This document shows, piece by piece, positions 19,177 through 26,924 of a stretch of DNA of 39,633 bases. The position numbers and the translations under genes were made by a program. The stretch lies in assembly GCA_025929715.1 (NCBI GenBank), contig JAICPS010000001.1:1-39633 (forward strand), written 5' to 3'. How positions within the stretch are numbered: the first letter of the stretch is position 1; each line of letters starts with the position of its first letter. Under the pieces are notes generated by a model. That model searched no databases. It was not told the origin of the DNA and saw nothing but the letters and a program-made list of their open reading frames with translations. Source of the stretch: Anaerolineae bacterium. Lineage in GTDB: Bacteria > Chloroflexota > Anaerolineae > Promineifilales > Promineifilaceae.

Positions 19177-21255
19177 CTACGGCTCCGGATGAGAGCGTTG
19201 TCTTGAACTTGTTCGCCGCAGGCGCACCGTAACACACTGCTCAGCTCCTGGGCCCAGCTCAAACCCATATTTCAAGGCCACTTCAAGCGCAAGCAACCCT
19301 TCGGTAAATTGTACGTCGTCGGGGGCGGGTTCGGGAATCAGTAAAATCTCTTCTTTAGCCGAACTGTTGCGCACGCCAGGACGATCCTGGTCACTTACGA
19401 ATTGCAGCGATTTGCGGCCCTTCGCCAGCACAGAAGTATAGTCAGGCGTCAATTCAGAAACCGTGCACCAATGAAAGTTGAGCGCGTGCTTTCCGCCATT
19501 CTTCCAGACATACTCCACCAGCACGTCCCCGTCCTCAAGTGAAAACGTCTTACGCAGCTTGAGGTCGGACGGCAATTCACGTGTGAACGTAACAGCGTCG
19601 TCGGTCACCGTTGTATCCAACGTGGACCCAGCGTCCCCAGACAGGGCGCCTTCAATCTCAATATAGTCGGTAAGTCCCCTGCGCTGCACAGGGATAGCAG
19701 GTCGCTCGACGGAGTCGTCTAATGGCGGTCGGGTTAACAATTCGTATGGCTCTCGCTCGCTCTCCCAAATCCAGTCTGGCAAGTATTTGCCCATGCGTGT
19801 GGGCGCCGCCTCCGCCGTCAACCGCGCTTCGGGCACAATGGCCTGTGGTCGAAAATCTTCTGGGAACCACATGTTAAGTGGAAGCCCCTTTTGTTCAGGA
19901 AGTTTGGCGTCGCCCTTATATGCCGCTAACCCTACCGCCCGCTGGTTACCTGCATACTGTTTGCCCGAGGTCAGATCAAACCAGTAGAGAAGCCGACCAC
20001 CGTCAGACGTCGTGATAATCAGATTGCGCCCGTCAGAAATAAGCACTTCGTCCTGACCACCGCTCGTTACATCAGTTTGCGCTAGCAAGGCCTTTGGATT
20101 CAGGGCAATCTCGGCTGTGCGAAGGATAGGCAGTGTTGCGTATGCGCCCTCCCAACCCCAATATCCATCACCGCCAATGCCGATACAGCCGAATTCATAC
20201 TGGTGACCCAGGTAGTTTTCAAGGGCCGTTTCGTACAGCAAGCGCACCGCCTTCGTCTTCTTTAGCCTTTTCTCGCTTTCAAGGCGCTCGTTAAATGCCT
20301 GCAACTGCCCACGAATCTCGCCGAAAAATACGCGGAACTTTGACAACTTCTCGGATTCATTATTGAACTCGAACCAATCCTGGTAACCTGGTTCATGGTA
20401 TGGCATCCCGGCATCTTCGATTGCCCGATCCATCCACAACGCGCTGCCATCCGGTATAGGGCTAAGATTACCGGCTGAGGGTGGTGCATTTGTGAGATGA
20501 ATCAGTTCGATTTCAGGTAGTGCTTCCATAATCGTTAGCACCTGGTCGAGACGATGCCACGTCTGATTGGGAACGATGCCCTCCTTCCAACCCCAAAGGC
20601 CCATCGCTTCGGCATCCTCTGCATATGTCAGACAGTGTGAACTTACGTTCGGATGGTCCGAGCGTTTTACCAGATAGGTTTGCAGCTGGCGAGGCCGTCC
20701 GAACCACACCGCAAAGTTAAAAAGGTGGCGCAATAAGTGGTCGTCGTAAAGTAAGGTCAAAATATGGGCGCCAACCTGGCTGGTGACGACCACCGGTTCG
20801 GCCAACCGTGCTTTTGCCAGAATGTGATCCTCGATGAGTGTGAAGCGATAACCATTGCCGGCAATAATCGGCAGCAAACTTTGTCGCCACGTTCGTTCTG
20901 GATTCCAGAAGGTCACCGGAGTAACGCCGAAGACGTCGTGGAGCACTTTCAAATGTAGCTCGATCTGTCGTGCATTGTCCCAGTCATCCGAGGCGTAAGG
21001 TACGTTCTGAGCGTACGTAGAACCAAGCAGTTCGAACTGGCCGGCGCGTAACCCTTCCCAGATCAACTGTAGAGGTTCGGGATCCAGCCACTGCAATGCA
21101 TTTACGAGAGTTCCCGACACGTGGATATTCACCGGGATAGCTGGGTGAGCCCGCAATACGCGTAAAAGCCCTCTGTAACAGGCACGACTTGCTGCTAGCG
21201 AGTATTCAGTCAAGTGTTGGTTGAAGTGGAAGAGAAGGGGAACATGAATTGGCAT
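19177..21255 (-). CDS. Glycoside hydrolase family 57-like protein
   Basis: GH57-like regions are MPIHVPLLFHFNQH..., GQFELLGSTYAQN, FWNPERTW (candidate nucleophile Glu) and LTYAEDAEAMGLWG (candidate acid/base Asp). A beta-rich C-terminal region of about 250 aa has unclear function. The family call is from memory of the GH57 conserved regions. Confidence 0.6.
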   Translation of the reverse strand: MPIHVPLLFHFNQHLTEYSLAASRACYRGLLRVLRAHPAIPVNIHVSGTLVNALQWLDPEPLQLIWEGLRAGQFELLGSTYAQNVPYASDDWDNARQIELHLKVLHDVFGVTPVTFWNPERTWRQSLLPIIAGNGYRFTLIEDHILAKARLAEPVVVTSQVGAHILTLLYDDHLLRHLFNFAVWFGRPRQLQTYLVKRSDHPNVSSHCLTYAEDAEAMGLWGWKEGIVPNQTWHRLDQVLTIMEALPEIELIHLTNAPPSAGNLSPIPDGSALWMDRAIEDAGMPYHEPGYQDWFEFNNESEKLSKFRVFFGEIRGQLQAFNERLESEKRLKKTKAVRLLYETALENYLGHQYEFGCIGIGGDGYWGWEGAYATLPILRTAEIALNPKALLAQTDVTSGGQDEVLISDGRNLIITTSDGGRLLYWFDLTSGKQYAGNQRAVGLAAYKGDAKLPEQKGLPLNMWFPEDFRPQAIVPEARLTAEAAPTRMGKYLPDWIWESEREPYELLTRPPLDDSVERPAIPVQRRGLTDYIEIEGALSGDAGSTLDTTVTDDAVTFTRELPSDLKLRKTFSLEDGDVLVEYVWKNGGKHALNFHWCTVSELTPDYTSVLAKGRKSLQFVSDQDRPGVRNSSAKEEILLIPEPAPDDVQFTEGLLALEVALKYGFELGPGAEQCVTVRLRRTSSRQRSHPEP

Positions 21256-21312
21256 ATGAACAATAACTCACATCACCGTTTCAAAATCATGTATGATCGA
21301 GCAAACGGACTT

Positions 21313-21340
21313 ATTCTATCGTTTAAGTTTCCTAATCCAA
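21313..21340 (-). promoter_or_regulatory. Possible promoter for the GH57-like/htrA genes (TTGGAT - 16 nt - TAGAAT)
   Basis: On the minus strand, TTGGAT lies at 21340-21335 and TAGAAT at 21318-21313. It is about 58 nt upstream of the GH57-like start. Confidence 0.3.
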
Positions 21341-21370
21341 AAATAACGGCACTGCGGCAAGGAGTGGCCG
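21337..21370 (-). terminator. Possible terminator after tilS
   Basis: Minus-strand imperfect hairpin CGGC(C)AC...GUGCCG followed by UUAUUUUUGG. The stem has a bulge, so this is weak. Confidence 0.3.
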
Positions 21371-21394
21371 GGCACGAGAAGCGATTCCAGCCGG

Positions 21395-22855
21395 CTAATC
21401 GGCGCGGACGCAGCGCAATTGAATCACGCGCCGCGTGCCTTCGCTTACACGAACGCGCCTGTCGAGGCGAATCCCCACAAGCCACACCAGGTGATTCTCG
21501 TTAGCCACAATCGGCCAACCGCCACGCAACTGCGCCGGAATCTTTTCGTTAATCATGACGTCGGCGACTTTTACGCTGTGCCCGTGCATCCCAATTGGCT
21601 GTAGCCGTTCCCCGGAACGACGCGTGCGAACCAGCAATGGCGCTGCTCTGTCAGCATCTACATATTCTAGCCAACGAGCATCGTCGCCATCATCGCCGCG
21701 TTCGAACGTGTCGATTTGATTCCGGTCAATAAGCTCAGACTGCAACTGCCAGCCATTCTCAATGGTCACAGCGCCAGGTACAGCGAACTGGCGCAGGTCA
21801 CCCTCCGACAACTGAGGTTGGCCGTGCTGAGGTAGATTATCAACGGCAAATAGGAGTAATGTGTCATACTCCACTTCCAGCAAAATTGTGCCTGGGAGGC
21901 TAGCTCTCGCACCGACCTGGCCGCTGTCCGCAACGATACGCGCCTGCTCGACAGGCACAAAGCTCACGTCACGCAACGACTGGCTGAGCCGCCAGACAGC
22001 CTGGCGCAAGGTGCGCCGGCGCAAACTCAGTGGCAGTTCGCGCCATCGCGCCAGATCGAGACGATACCACCCCTCTCCAGCCGACGTTAAAACTGACGTC
22101 CAGGCAGAAGACTCCTGCCTTTGAAGAAACGCCACGTCGGCGCGCACAACTTCTGCGGTATGCAGCAGGCGCTCTCGTATCCGTGGATTGTATTCTTCCA
22201 GAAGAGGCAATAGTTCATGTCGCAGTCGATTACGGAAAAAGATCGTGTCCTCATTTGACAGATCGCGAACTGGCTCAAGGTCATGGGCAGCGCAATAGGT
22301 TTCAATCTCCGCCCTCGTCACCGCTAACAGTGGCCGCAATAAGCGGAGTTCTGGAAAGCCAGGCACCGTTCCAGCAGGTAACATCCCCCGCAACCCGTTC
22401 AGACCCGTTCCGCGGATGAAATGCATGAGGATCGTCTCCGCCTGATCATCGGCGGTATGGCCAACCACAACGTGACGGATTCCTAGCTCCAGAGCAAAGT
22501 TTCCCAGAAAATTGTAGCGTGCGTAACGCGCAGCCTCTTCCACCGAATAGCCCTCGATGCGCGCGAGCCGTGCGACCTCGACCGTGCCGATCTTGCAGCG
22601 AATGCCCCACTCTCTACAACGCGCAGCCACATACGCTGCCTCTTCAGTGGCAGTCGGTCGAAGCAAATGATTTAAATGTCCGGCAACGATTTGCTCTGGG
22701 TTATGAAGCGCCCCGTAAACCAGTAGATGGAGCAGCGCGAGTGAGTCCGGACCACCGGATACCCCGACGAGCAACACATCGTTCGCCGTCCAGAAAGGGC
22801 GTTCGCTCTCCTGTTCCCAAAGTTGTAACTGATGCTGCACGGCCTCGTGTAACAT
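21395..22855 (-). CDS. tilS: tRNA(Ile)-lysidine synthase
   Basis: PP-loop LLVGVSGGPDSLALL followed by HLNH.LR and GHTADDQAETILM. I trimmed the track ORF (to 22975) to M41 at 22855. The longer version would run through a terminator hairpin and into tRNA-Leu. Confidence 0.85.
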   Translation of the reverse strand: MLHEAVQHQLQLWEQESERPFWTANDVLLVGVSGGPDSLALLHLLVYGALHNPEQIVAGHLNHLLRPTATEEAAYVAARCREWGIRCKIGTVEVARLARIEGYSVEEAARYARYNFLGNFALELGIRHVVVGHTADDQAETILMHFIRGTGLNGLRGMLPAGTVPGFPELRLLRPLLAVTRAEIETYCAAHDLEPVRDLSNEDTIFFRNRLRHELLPLLEEYNPRIRERLLHTAEVVRADVAFLQRQESSAWTSVLTSAGEGWYRLDLARWRELPLSLRRRTLRQAVWRLSQSLRDVSFVPVEQARIVADSGQVGARASLPGTILLEVEYDTLLLFAVDNLPQHGQPQLSEGDLRQFAVPGAVTIENGWQLQSELIDRNQIDTFERGDDGDDARWLEYVDADRAAPLLVRTRRSGERLQPIGMHGHSVKVADVMINEKIPAQLRGGWPIVANENHLVWLVGIRLDRRVRVSEGTRRVIQLRCVRAD

Positions 22856-22913
22856 ATAGTGGTAGTGACGCCGCCAACGTCGAGGACTCGCCCGGCGCCG
22901 GGGTCTGAGGATC

Positions 22914-22944
22914 CTCAAAGAAAAATGGCCCGCCAGCACGGGCC
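22914..22944 (-). terminator. Intrinsic terminator after tRNA-Leu
   Basis: Minus-strand RNA: GGCCCG-UGCUGG-CGGGCC followed by AUUUUUCUUUGAG. It starts 7 nt after the tRNA 3' end. Confidence 0.6.
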
Positions 22945-22950
22945 ACTTTA

Positions 22951-23033
22951 TAGGGCGGGTGGGATTCGAACCCACACGGGGTCACCCCCGGCGGATTTTA
23001 AGTCCGCTGCGTCTACCATTTCGCCACCGCCCC
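22951..23033 (-). tRNA. tRNA-Leu (anticodon UAA), class II with long variable arm
   Basis: Minus-strand read: GGGGCGG-TG-GCGAAATGGTAGACGC-A-GCGGA-CTTAAAA-TCCGC-CGGGGGTGACCCCGTGT-GGGTTCGAATCCC-ACCCGCCCT-A. The anticodon loop CU-UAA-AA and the T-loop TTCGAAT are clear. There is a G1:U72 wobble and no encoded CCA. Confidence 0.9.
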
Positions 23034-23070
23034 AATTGTCACAAATAGCTGCTTACCAAATCACGACGCT

Positions 23071-23100
23071 ATTCTATCACATTCGTGAATAAAACTACAA
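23071..23100 (-). promoter_or_regulatory. Candidate promoter for tRNA-Leu (TTGTAG - 18 nt - TGATAGAAT, extended -10)
   Basis: On the minus strand, TAGAAT at 23076-23071 is preceded by TGA (TGn). A weak -35, TTGTAG, lies at 23100-23095. The -10 ends about 37 nt upstream of the mature tRNA 5' end. Confidence 0.4.
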
Positions 23101-23151
23101 TACCGCTGACCGTAGGCCACATTTCCTAATACGTGATGACATAAAACCTCA

Positions 23152-23180
23152 TTGACTGCCCTCTGGCGCAACGGTATAAT
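23152..23180 (+). promoter_or_regulatory. Near-consensus sigma70-type promoter (TTGACT - 17 nt - TATAAT)
   Basis: TTGACT at 23152-23157 and TATAAT at 23175-23180 with an exact 17-nt spacer. The predicted TSS near 23187 leaves a leader of about 108 nt before the DUF4388 start at 23295. Confidence 0.6.
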
Positions 23181-23199
23181 GCGCTGCCTGAGATACGGT

Positions 23200-23215
23200 T
23201 CGAAACGCGTTTCGA
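23200..23215. promoter_or_regulatory. Perfect 16-bp palindrome TCGAAACG|CGTTTCGA in the leader of the 23.3-33.6 kb cluster
   Basis: Read directly from the sequence. It lies about 13-28 nt downstream of the predicted TSS, a typical operator position. Confidence 0.4.
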
Positions 23216-23294
23216 TGCCACGTGGCTGGGACAGCAGCCAAATCACGAACGAATGGTGCGTACGAATCCGCACCGTTATGCAGGATTCTATGTT

Positions 23295-24134
23295 ATGGCC
23301 CTTAAAGGCAACCTGCGCGATTTTTCCACGACGCAACTGCTAAATTTGATCAATCTGGCGCGAAAAACAGGTACGTTGAGCATTGACGGTCCTCAACCAG
23401 CGCAGTTGTCTTTTCGCGAAGGGAAACTAATTTATGCCTCCCTCGGCAATGGCCAAAATGATCTGGCGCACGTGCTTTTTGAAGCGGGCAAGCTCAATAC
23501 TAAACAATTACAAATAATCCAGAGCCGGGCCGGTCGCACCAGCGACAAACAGTTGGGTCACCTTCTGATTCAGGCCGGCTACGTGACGCAGAGCGATATT
23601 ATCCAGAGTGTGCGGCAGCACGTGCTAGATATTGTTTACAAGCTGTTCACGTGGGCCGACGGGCATTTTCGATTTGATGCCAATCGGCTGCCTGAGCCTG
23701 ACCGAATTACGATTCCCATCGATCTGGAAAGCGTCATCATGGAAGGCAGCCGGCGGCTGAAAGAATGGGAACGCCTGCAGCATGAGCTCCCGAATCTCGA
23801 CGTGGCCCTGCGCTTTACCGAGCGACCAGACGCTCGCTTACGGAACATAAACCTGACCGTTGAGGAATGGCGCGTCGTTTCGTTCGTCAACCCTCGCAAT
23901 AACATCAGCCAGATTGCACGGGCCAATAATCTGAGCGACTTTCAGATTCGCCGGATTGTCTATGGTCTCCTTCAGGCAGGTCTCGTCGAATTTGTCCGCC
24001 AGCAGCGTACAGCGCCGGTGGTAAGCAAGACGAACAGTACGGCGCCGCCAGCGCCAGAACCGGTGGAGCAACAATCGCCGAGCGTAAAGCGCTCAGTCGT
24101 ACATCGTCTGATCGAACGGATTCGGAATCTTTAA
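23295..24134 (+). CDS. DUF4388 (PATAN-like) domain protein with C-terminal winged-helix-like segment
   Basis: N-terminus MALKGNLRDFSTTQLLNLINLARKTGTLSI is the classic DUF4388 opening. The C-terminal LTVEEWRVVSFVNPRNNISQIARANNLSDFQIRRIVYGLLQAGLVEFV looks like a wHTH of the DUF742 type. I chose ATG 23295 (AGGA 9 nt upstream) over ATG 23253. Confidence 0.75.
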   Translation: MALKGNLRDFSTTQLLNLINLARKTGTLSIDGPQPAQLSFREGKLIYASLGNGQNDLAHVLFEAGKLNTKQLQIIQSRAGRTSDKQLGHLLIQAGYVTQSDIIQSVRQHVLDIVYKLFTWADGHFRFDANRLPEPDRITIPIDLESVIMEGSRRLKEWERLQHELPNLDVALRFTERPDARLRNINLTVEEWRVVSFVNPRNNISQIARANNLSDFQIRRIVYGLLQAGLVEFVRQQRTAPVVSKTNSTAPPAPEPVEQQSPSVKRSVVHRLIERIRNL

Positions 24135-24214
24135 GCAATGGCAACAGCGACCTTCGGTTCATGCGAGGCGTTCTGCACTCGCGAGGCTTTCGGCTCTCGT
24201 TACAGGAAACTTTG

Positions 24215-24754
24215 ATGCAAGCAGTCAAAATGGTCGTGACCGGTCCTTTCTCAGCGGGGAAAACGCAATTCATCAGTGCGGTGAGCGAAATCGACGTCGT
24301 GTCCACCGAAAGGCGCATCAGTAGCGCGGCAGAGCAGATAAAGGAAACGACTACCGTCGCCATGGATTTTGGCCGTATTACGGTCGGACCCGACCTGGTC
24401 TTATATTTGTTCGGTACGCCGGGGCAGCGCCGCTTTGACTTCATGTGGGAGATCCTCTCCGAAGGTATGCTCGGCTTCATCGTTATCGTAGACAGCACAC
24501 GCCCCGAAACGTTTCGAGAGGCCAAGCGAATCCTTGAGACCTTTGAAACTTATGCTTCGACGCCGTTCGTCGTCGCCGCCAACAAACAGGATCATTCTGA
24601 TGCCTGGGAGCCAGACGATTTACGCATTATCCTCAGCTTACAAAATGGAGTGAAAGTTCTTCCATGTGTTGCTCTTGATAAAGAGAGCGTCAAGAACGTA
24701 CTGCTCGAACTCCTGTATTCCGTACTGGAGCGGATGGACGAGGAGGATCGTTGA
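24215..24754 (+). CDS. Small Ras-like GTPase, CvnD/MglA-type (COG2229-like ATP/GTP-binding protein)
   Basis: G1 GPFSAGKT, G2 region TTTVAMDFG, G3 FGTPGQRRF and G4 ANKQD. I trimmed the track ORF (24161) to MQAVKMVVTG at 24215, which puts the P-loop at the usual distance from the N-terminus. Confidence 0.8.
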   Translation: MQAVKMVVTGPFSAGKTQFISAVSEIDVVSTERRISSAAEQIKETTTVAMDFGRITVGPDLVLYLFGTPGQRRFDFMWEILSEGMLGFIVIVDSTRPETFREAKRILETFETYASTPFVVAANKQDHSDAWEPDDLRIILSLQNGVKVLPCVALDKESVKNVLLELLYSVLERMDEEDR

Positions 24755-25566
24755 GTTCCATCGTTACCGAGCAGGGAATCCTGCACTACGAGACGATCGG
24801 CCGGGGGCGACCGCTCATTTTACTTCACGGTTGGATAAACTCCTGGGATGTCTGGCGCAAGGCCATGATCGCGCTTGGTAGCAGCGATCGCTTTCGCGTT
24901 TATGCGCTCGATTTTTGGGGCTTCGGTGATTCAGCGAAGGGAAACCAAACGGAACTCAGTCCCTCATTTAGAATCGACAGCTATGTAGAAATGGTGCGCC
25001 AGTTTATGGATACGTTGGGTATACTGGAAGCCCCGATATTTGGCCACTCGATGGGCGGCACCGTGGCCCTAAAGTTTGCGCTGGCCAACGCGGACCGGGT
25101 GCGCAAAGTGGCCGTCGTGGGCTCGCCGATCGTGGGTTCCTCGCTGAATCCCTTTCTCAAGCTCGCCGGTTATGGCTTGATCGCCGACGTTATATGGCGA
25201 TTTCCCATATTGCTCAAGCTCGTAATGCACACGATTCTTGCCGGTGATTCAAAGCAAGTACGAGATATGATTTTTCGTGACGTCAAGCGAACAACGCTCG
25301 AGTCGTTTTTCCGCAGCATCGGCGATTTGCGCGAGACGGATCTTCGCGCGCCTTTGCACGGACTTGAAATGCCAGCGTTGGGCATCTTCGGTGTAAATGA
25401 CAATATCGTTTCCCCGCGTAATGCCGAACTCCTCACTGACTGTGTCACGCACGCACAGGTCGCCTTGATGCATCAATCGCGACACTTCCCCATGAGCGAC
25501 GAACCGGACAAATTTCTTACAGCCATGACCACCTTTTTAGGTGATAATGGCCTGAAAAGAAATTAA
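24751..25566 (+). CDS. Alpha/beta-fold hydrolase (intact Ser-Asp-His triad)
   Basis: LLHGW...ALDFWGFGDS, nucleophile elbow GHSMGG (Ser100, TCG at 25048-25050), Asp in GVNDNIV and His in SRHFPM. The start codon is TTG at 24751, overlapping the GTPase stop (TTGA), with AGGAGGA at 24741-24747. Confidence 0.85.
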   Translation: MSSIVTEQGILHYETIGRGRPLILLHGWINSWDVWRKAMIALGSSDRFRVYALDFWGFGDSAKGNQTELSPSFRIDSYVEMVRQFMDTLGILEAPIFGHSMGGTVALKFALANADRVRKVAVVGSPIVGSSLNPFLKLAGYGLIADVIWRFPILLKLVMHTILAGDSKQVRDMIFRDVKRTTLESFFRSIGDLRETDLRAPLHGLEMPALGIFGVNDNIVSPRNAELLTDCVTHAQVALMHQSRHFPMSDEPDKFLTAMTTFLGDNGLKRN

Positions 25567-25628
25567 CAGCGGGTCCTATTGGGAACGGCGTCCGCCTCCG
25601 TCGAAACTCAACCAGTAACAACCAGATT

Positions 25629-26924
25629 ATGCGCCGAGTAATTCTCCAAGCACAGCGACAGATTCATCCATTCAACGAACCTGCTCGCGATCTCAGAGTG
25701 CAAAACAAACCGCTATGGTTGTGGCAGCGCGACTTGCTTGCGCCATATATCAGCGAAGAAAGAGAGTATCCCAACTGGGAGATCGCGCTGCGCTTTGAAG
25801 CGGACGAGCAGGTAGCGACCCTGGTTCATTGCGACAATCTCTTTTTCAACCAACTTTTCATTGCTGACTTTCTGAACCGAGCGAGAAGCGCAGGTGGTCC
25901 GGTGCGCCTCGCTTTACGCGCCGATGATCCGGCGATTGCCCACCATGTTCAGCCGCTAAGTCTCTCGTTTGTCGAGGAGGGTGACCTGCTATTAGCGGAT
26001 ATGTGGTTTCTACCTCGCGGCGTCGGCCAACGCGAAGATGCGGCGCCATTGGTCATCGCAACCGAATCGCGCGAGCGTGGTTACTACCACGTACCGCCTT
26101 ACATGGCCACGGATTTCGGCGATCTGACCTACCAGTTGCCCCGGAAAGCGTTCATCATCATTGAAAGCTGGGTCCATCTATTTGTCGCCGATATTCTATT
26201 CGGCGTCTTCACACGCGGGGTAAACCAGGAAGATCGAATCAGCGCCGACTGGCGCTACAAAATAAAGATCCTTCTGACGTCGCTCGTTGAGCAGCGACAG
26301 CTTCTTGAGTCTTCCGAGCTGGTGAGAGTTGGCCATAACGTAACAATAGATCCATCGGCGCGAATTCATGGACCGACCGTGATCGGCGATAACGTCACGA
26401 TTGGCGCCGGATCCGTCATCGACAACTGCATTATTGGCAATAATGTAACCGTTTCTCAGGGATGCCAGCTAATGCTGAGCGTCGTTAGCGATGGTTGCTT
26501 CCTCCCGTTCCGCGCCTCGCTCTTTATGACGACCCTCATGGAAAACACCATGGTCGCCCAAAACACCTGTCTCCAGCTTTGCGTAGTCGGTCGCGATACG
26601 TTCATCGGCGCAGGTACCACTTTCACCGACTTTAACATCTTACCGGCTCCCTTGAAGGCCGTGCTAAATGACGAACTTCGCGAAACGAACTTTCTGGTGT
26701 TAGGCGGCTGCGTGGGACACCATTGTCGCCTGAGTTCAGGATTGATCATTCATCCCGCTCGCACAGTCGAGTCAGACGTGGTCCTGCTCGCACGTGAAGA
26801 TCGAAACATTATTAGCCGGAACGTGCCATACGAGGACAGCGACCATTTTCCTTATGCTGAAATGTATCCATATCCACGGCTGTATCCCAGGCGCAACGAG
26901 ACCGAGCAAATGGAAGCGCTATGA
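25629..26924 (+). CDS. Hexapeptide-repeat (left-handed beta-helix) protein with an N-terminal GlmU-like/NTP-transferase-like domain of unknown function
   Basis: Aa 232-385 (nt ~26320-26785) show imperfect hexapeptide periodicity: VGHNVTIDPSARIHGPTVIGDNVTIGAGSVIDNCIIGNNVTVSQGCQL...VVGRDTFIGAGTTF...LGGCVGHHCRLSSGLIIHP. The N-terminal IHPFNEPARDLRVQNKPLWLWQRDLL resembles the opening of 'putative sugar nucleotidyl transferase'/alternative GlmU-like proteins. I see no GxGxR nucleotide motif. Confidence 0.55.
   Translation: MRRVILQAQRQIHPFNEPARDLRVQNKPLWLWQRDLLAPYISEEREYPNWEIALRFEADEQVATLVHCDNLFFNQLFIADFLNRARSAGGPVRLALRADDPAIAHHVQPLSLSFVEEGDLLLADMWFLPRGVGQREDAAPLVIATESRERGYYHVPPYMATDFGDLTYQLPRKAFIIIESWVHLFVADILFGVFTRGVNQEDRISADWRYKIKILLTSLVEQRQLLESSELVRVGHNVTIDPSARIHGPTVIGDNVTIGAGSVIDNCIIGNNVTVSQGCQLMLSVVSDGCFLPFRASLFMTTLMENTMVAQNTCLQLCVVGRDTFIGAGTTFTDFNILPAPLKAVLNDELRETNFLVLGGCVGHHCRLSSGLIIHPARTVESDVVLLAREDRNIISRNVPYEDSDHFPYAEMYPYPRLYPRRNETEQMEAL

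Noticed and set aside
22856-22975. N-terminal 40-aa extension of the tilS ORF
   Set aside because: It would read through the tRNA-Leu terminator hairpin and overlap the tRNA itself. The PP-loop sits at the normal distance from M41.
22951-23033. tRNA-Leu (and the tRNA-Arg/His pair at 36713..36899) as integration sites bounding a genomic island covering the 23-36 kb cluster
   Set aside because: There is no integrase, recombinase or transposase, I noticed no direct repeat of a tRNA 3' end, and the composition looks uniform by eye. The idea cannot be excluded without comparative genomics.
24161-24214. Longer start for the GTPase (MRGVLHSRGFRLSLQETL...)
   Set aside because: The extension is basic and unstructured-looking. 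ATG 24215 places the P-loop at residue ~10 as in related small GTPases and has an AGGAAA 5 nt upstream. I cannot fully exclude the longer start.
23905-24525. 206-aa minus-strand ORF across the DUF4388/GTPase genes
   Set aside because: It is antisense to two proteins with clear family signatures and is Ser/Arg-rich low-complexity sequence.
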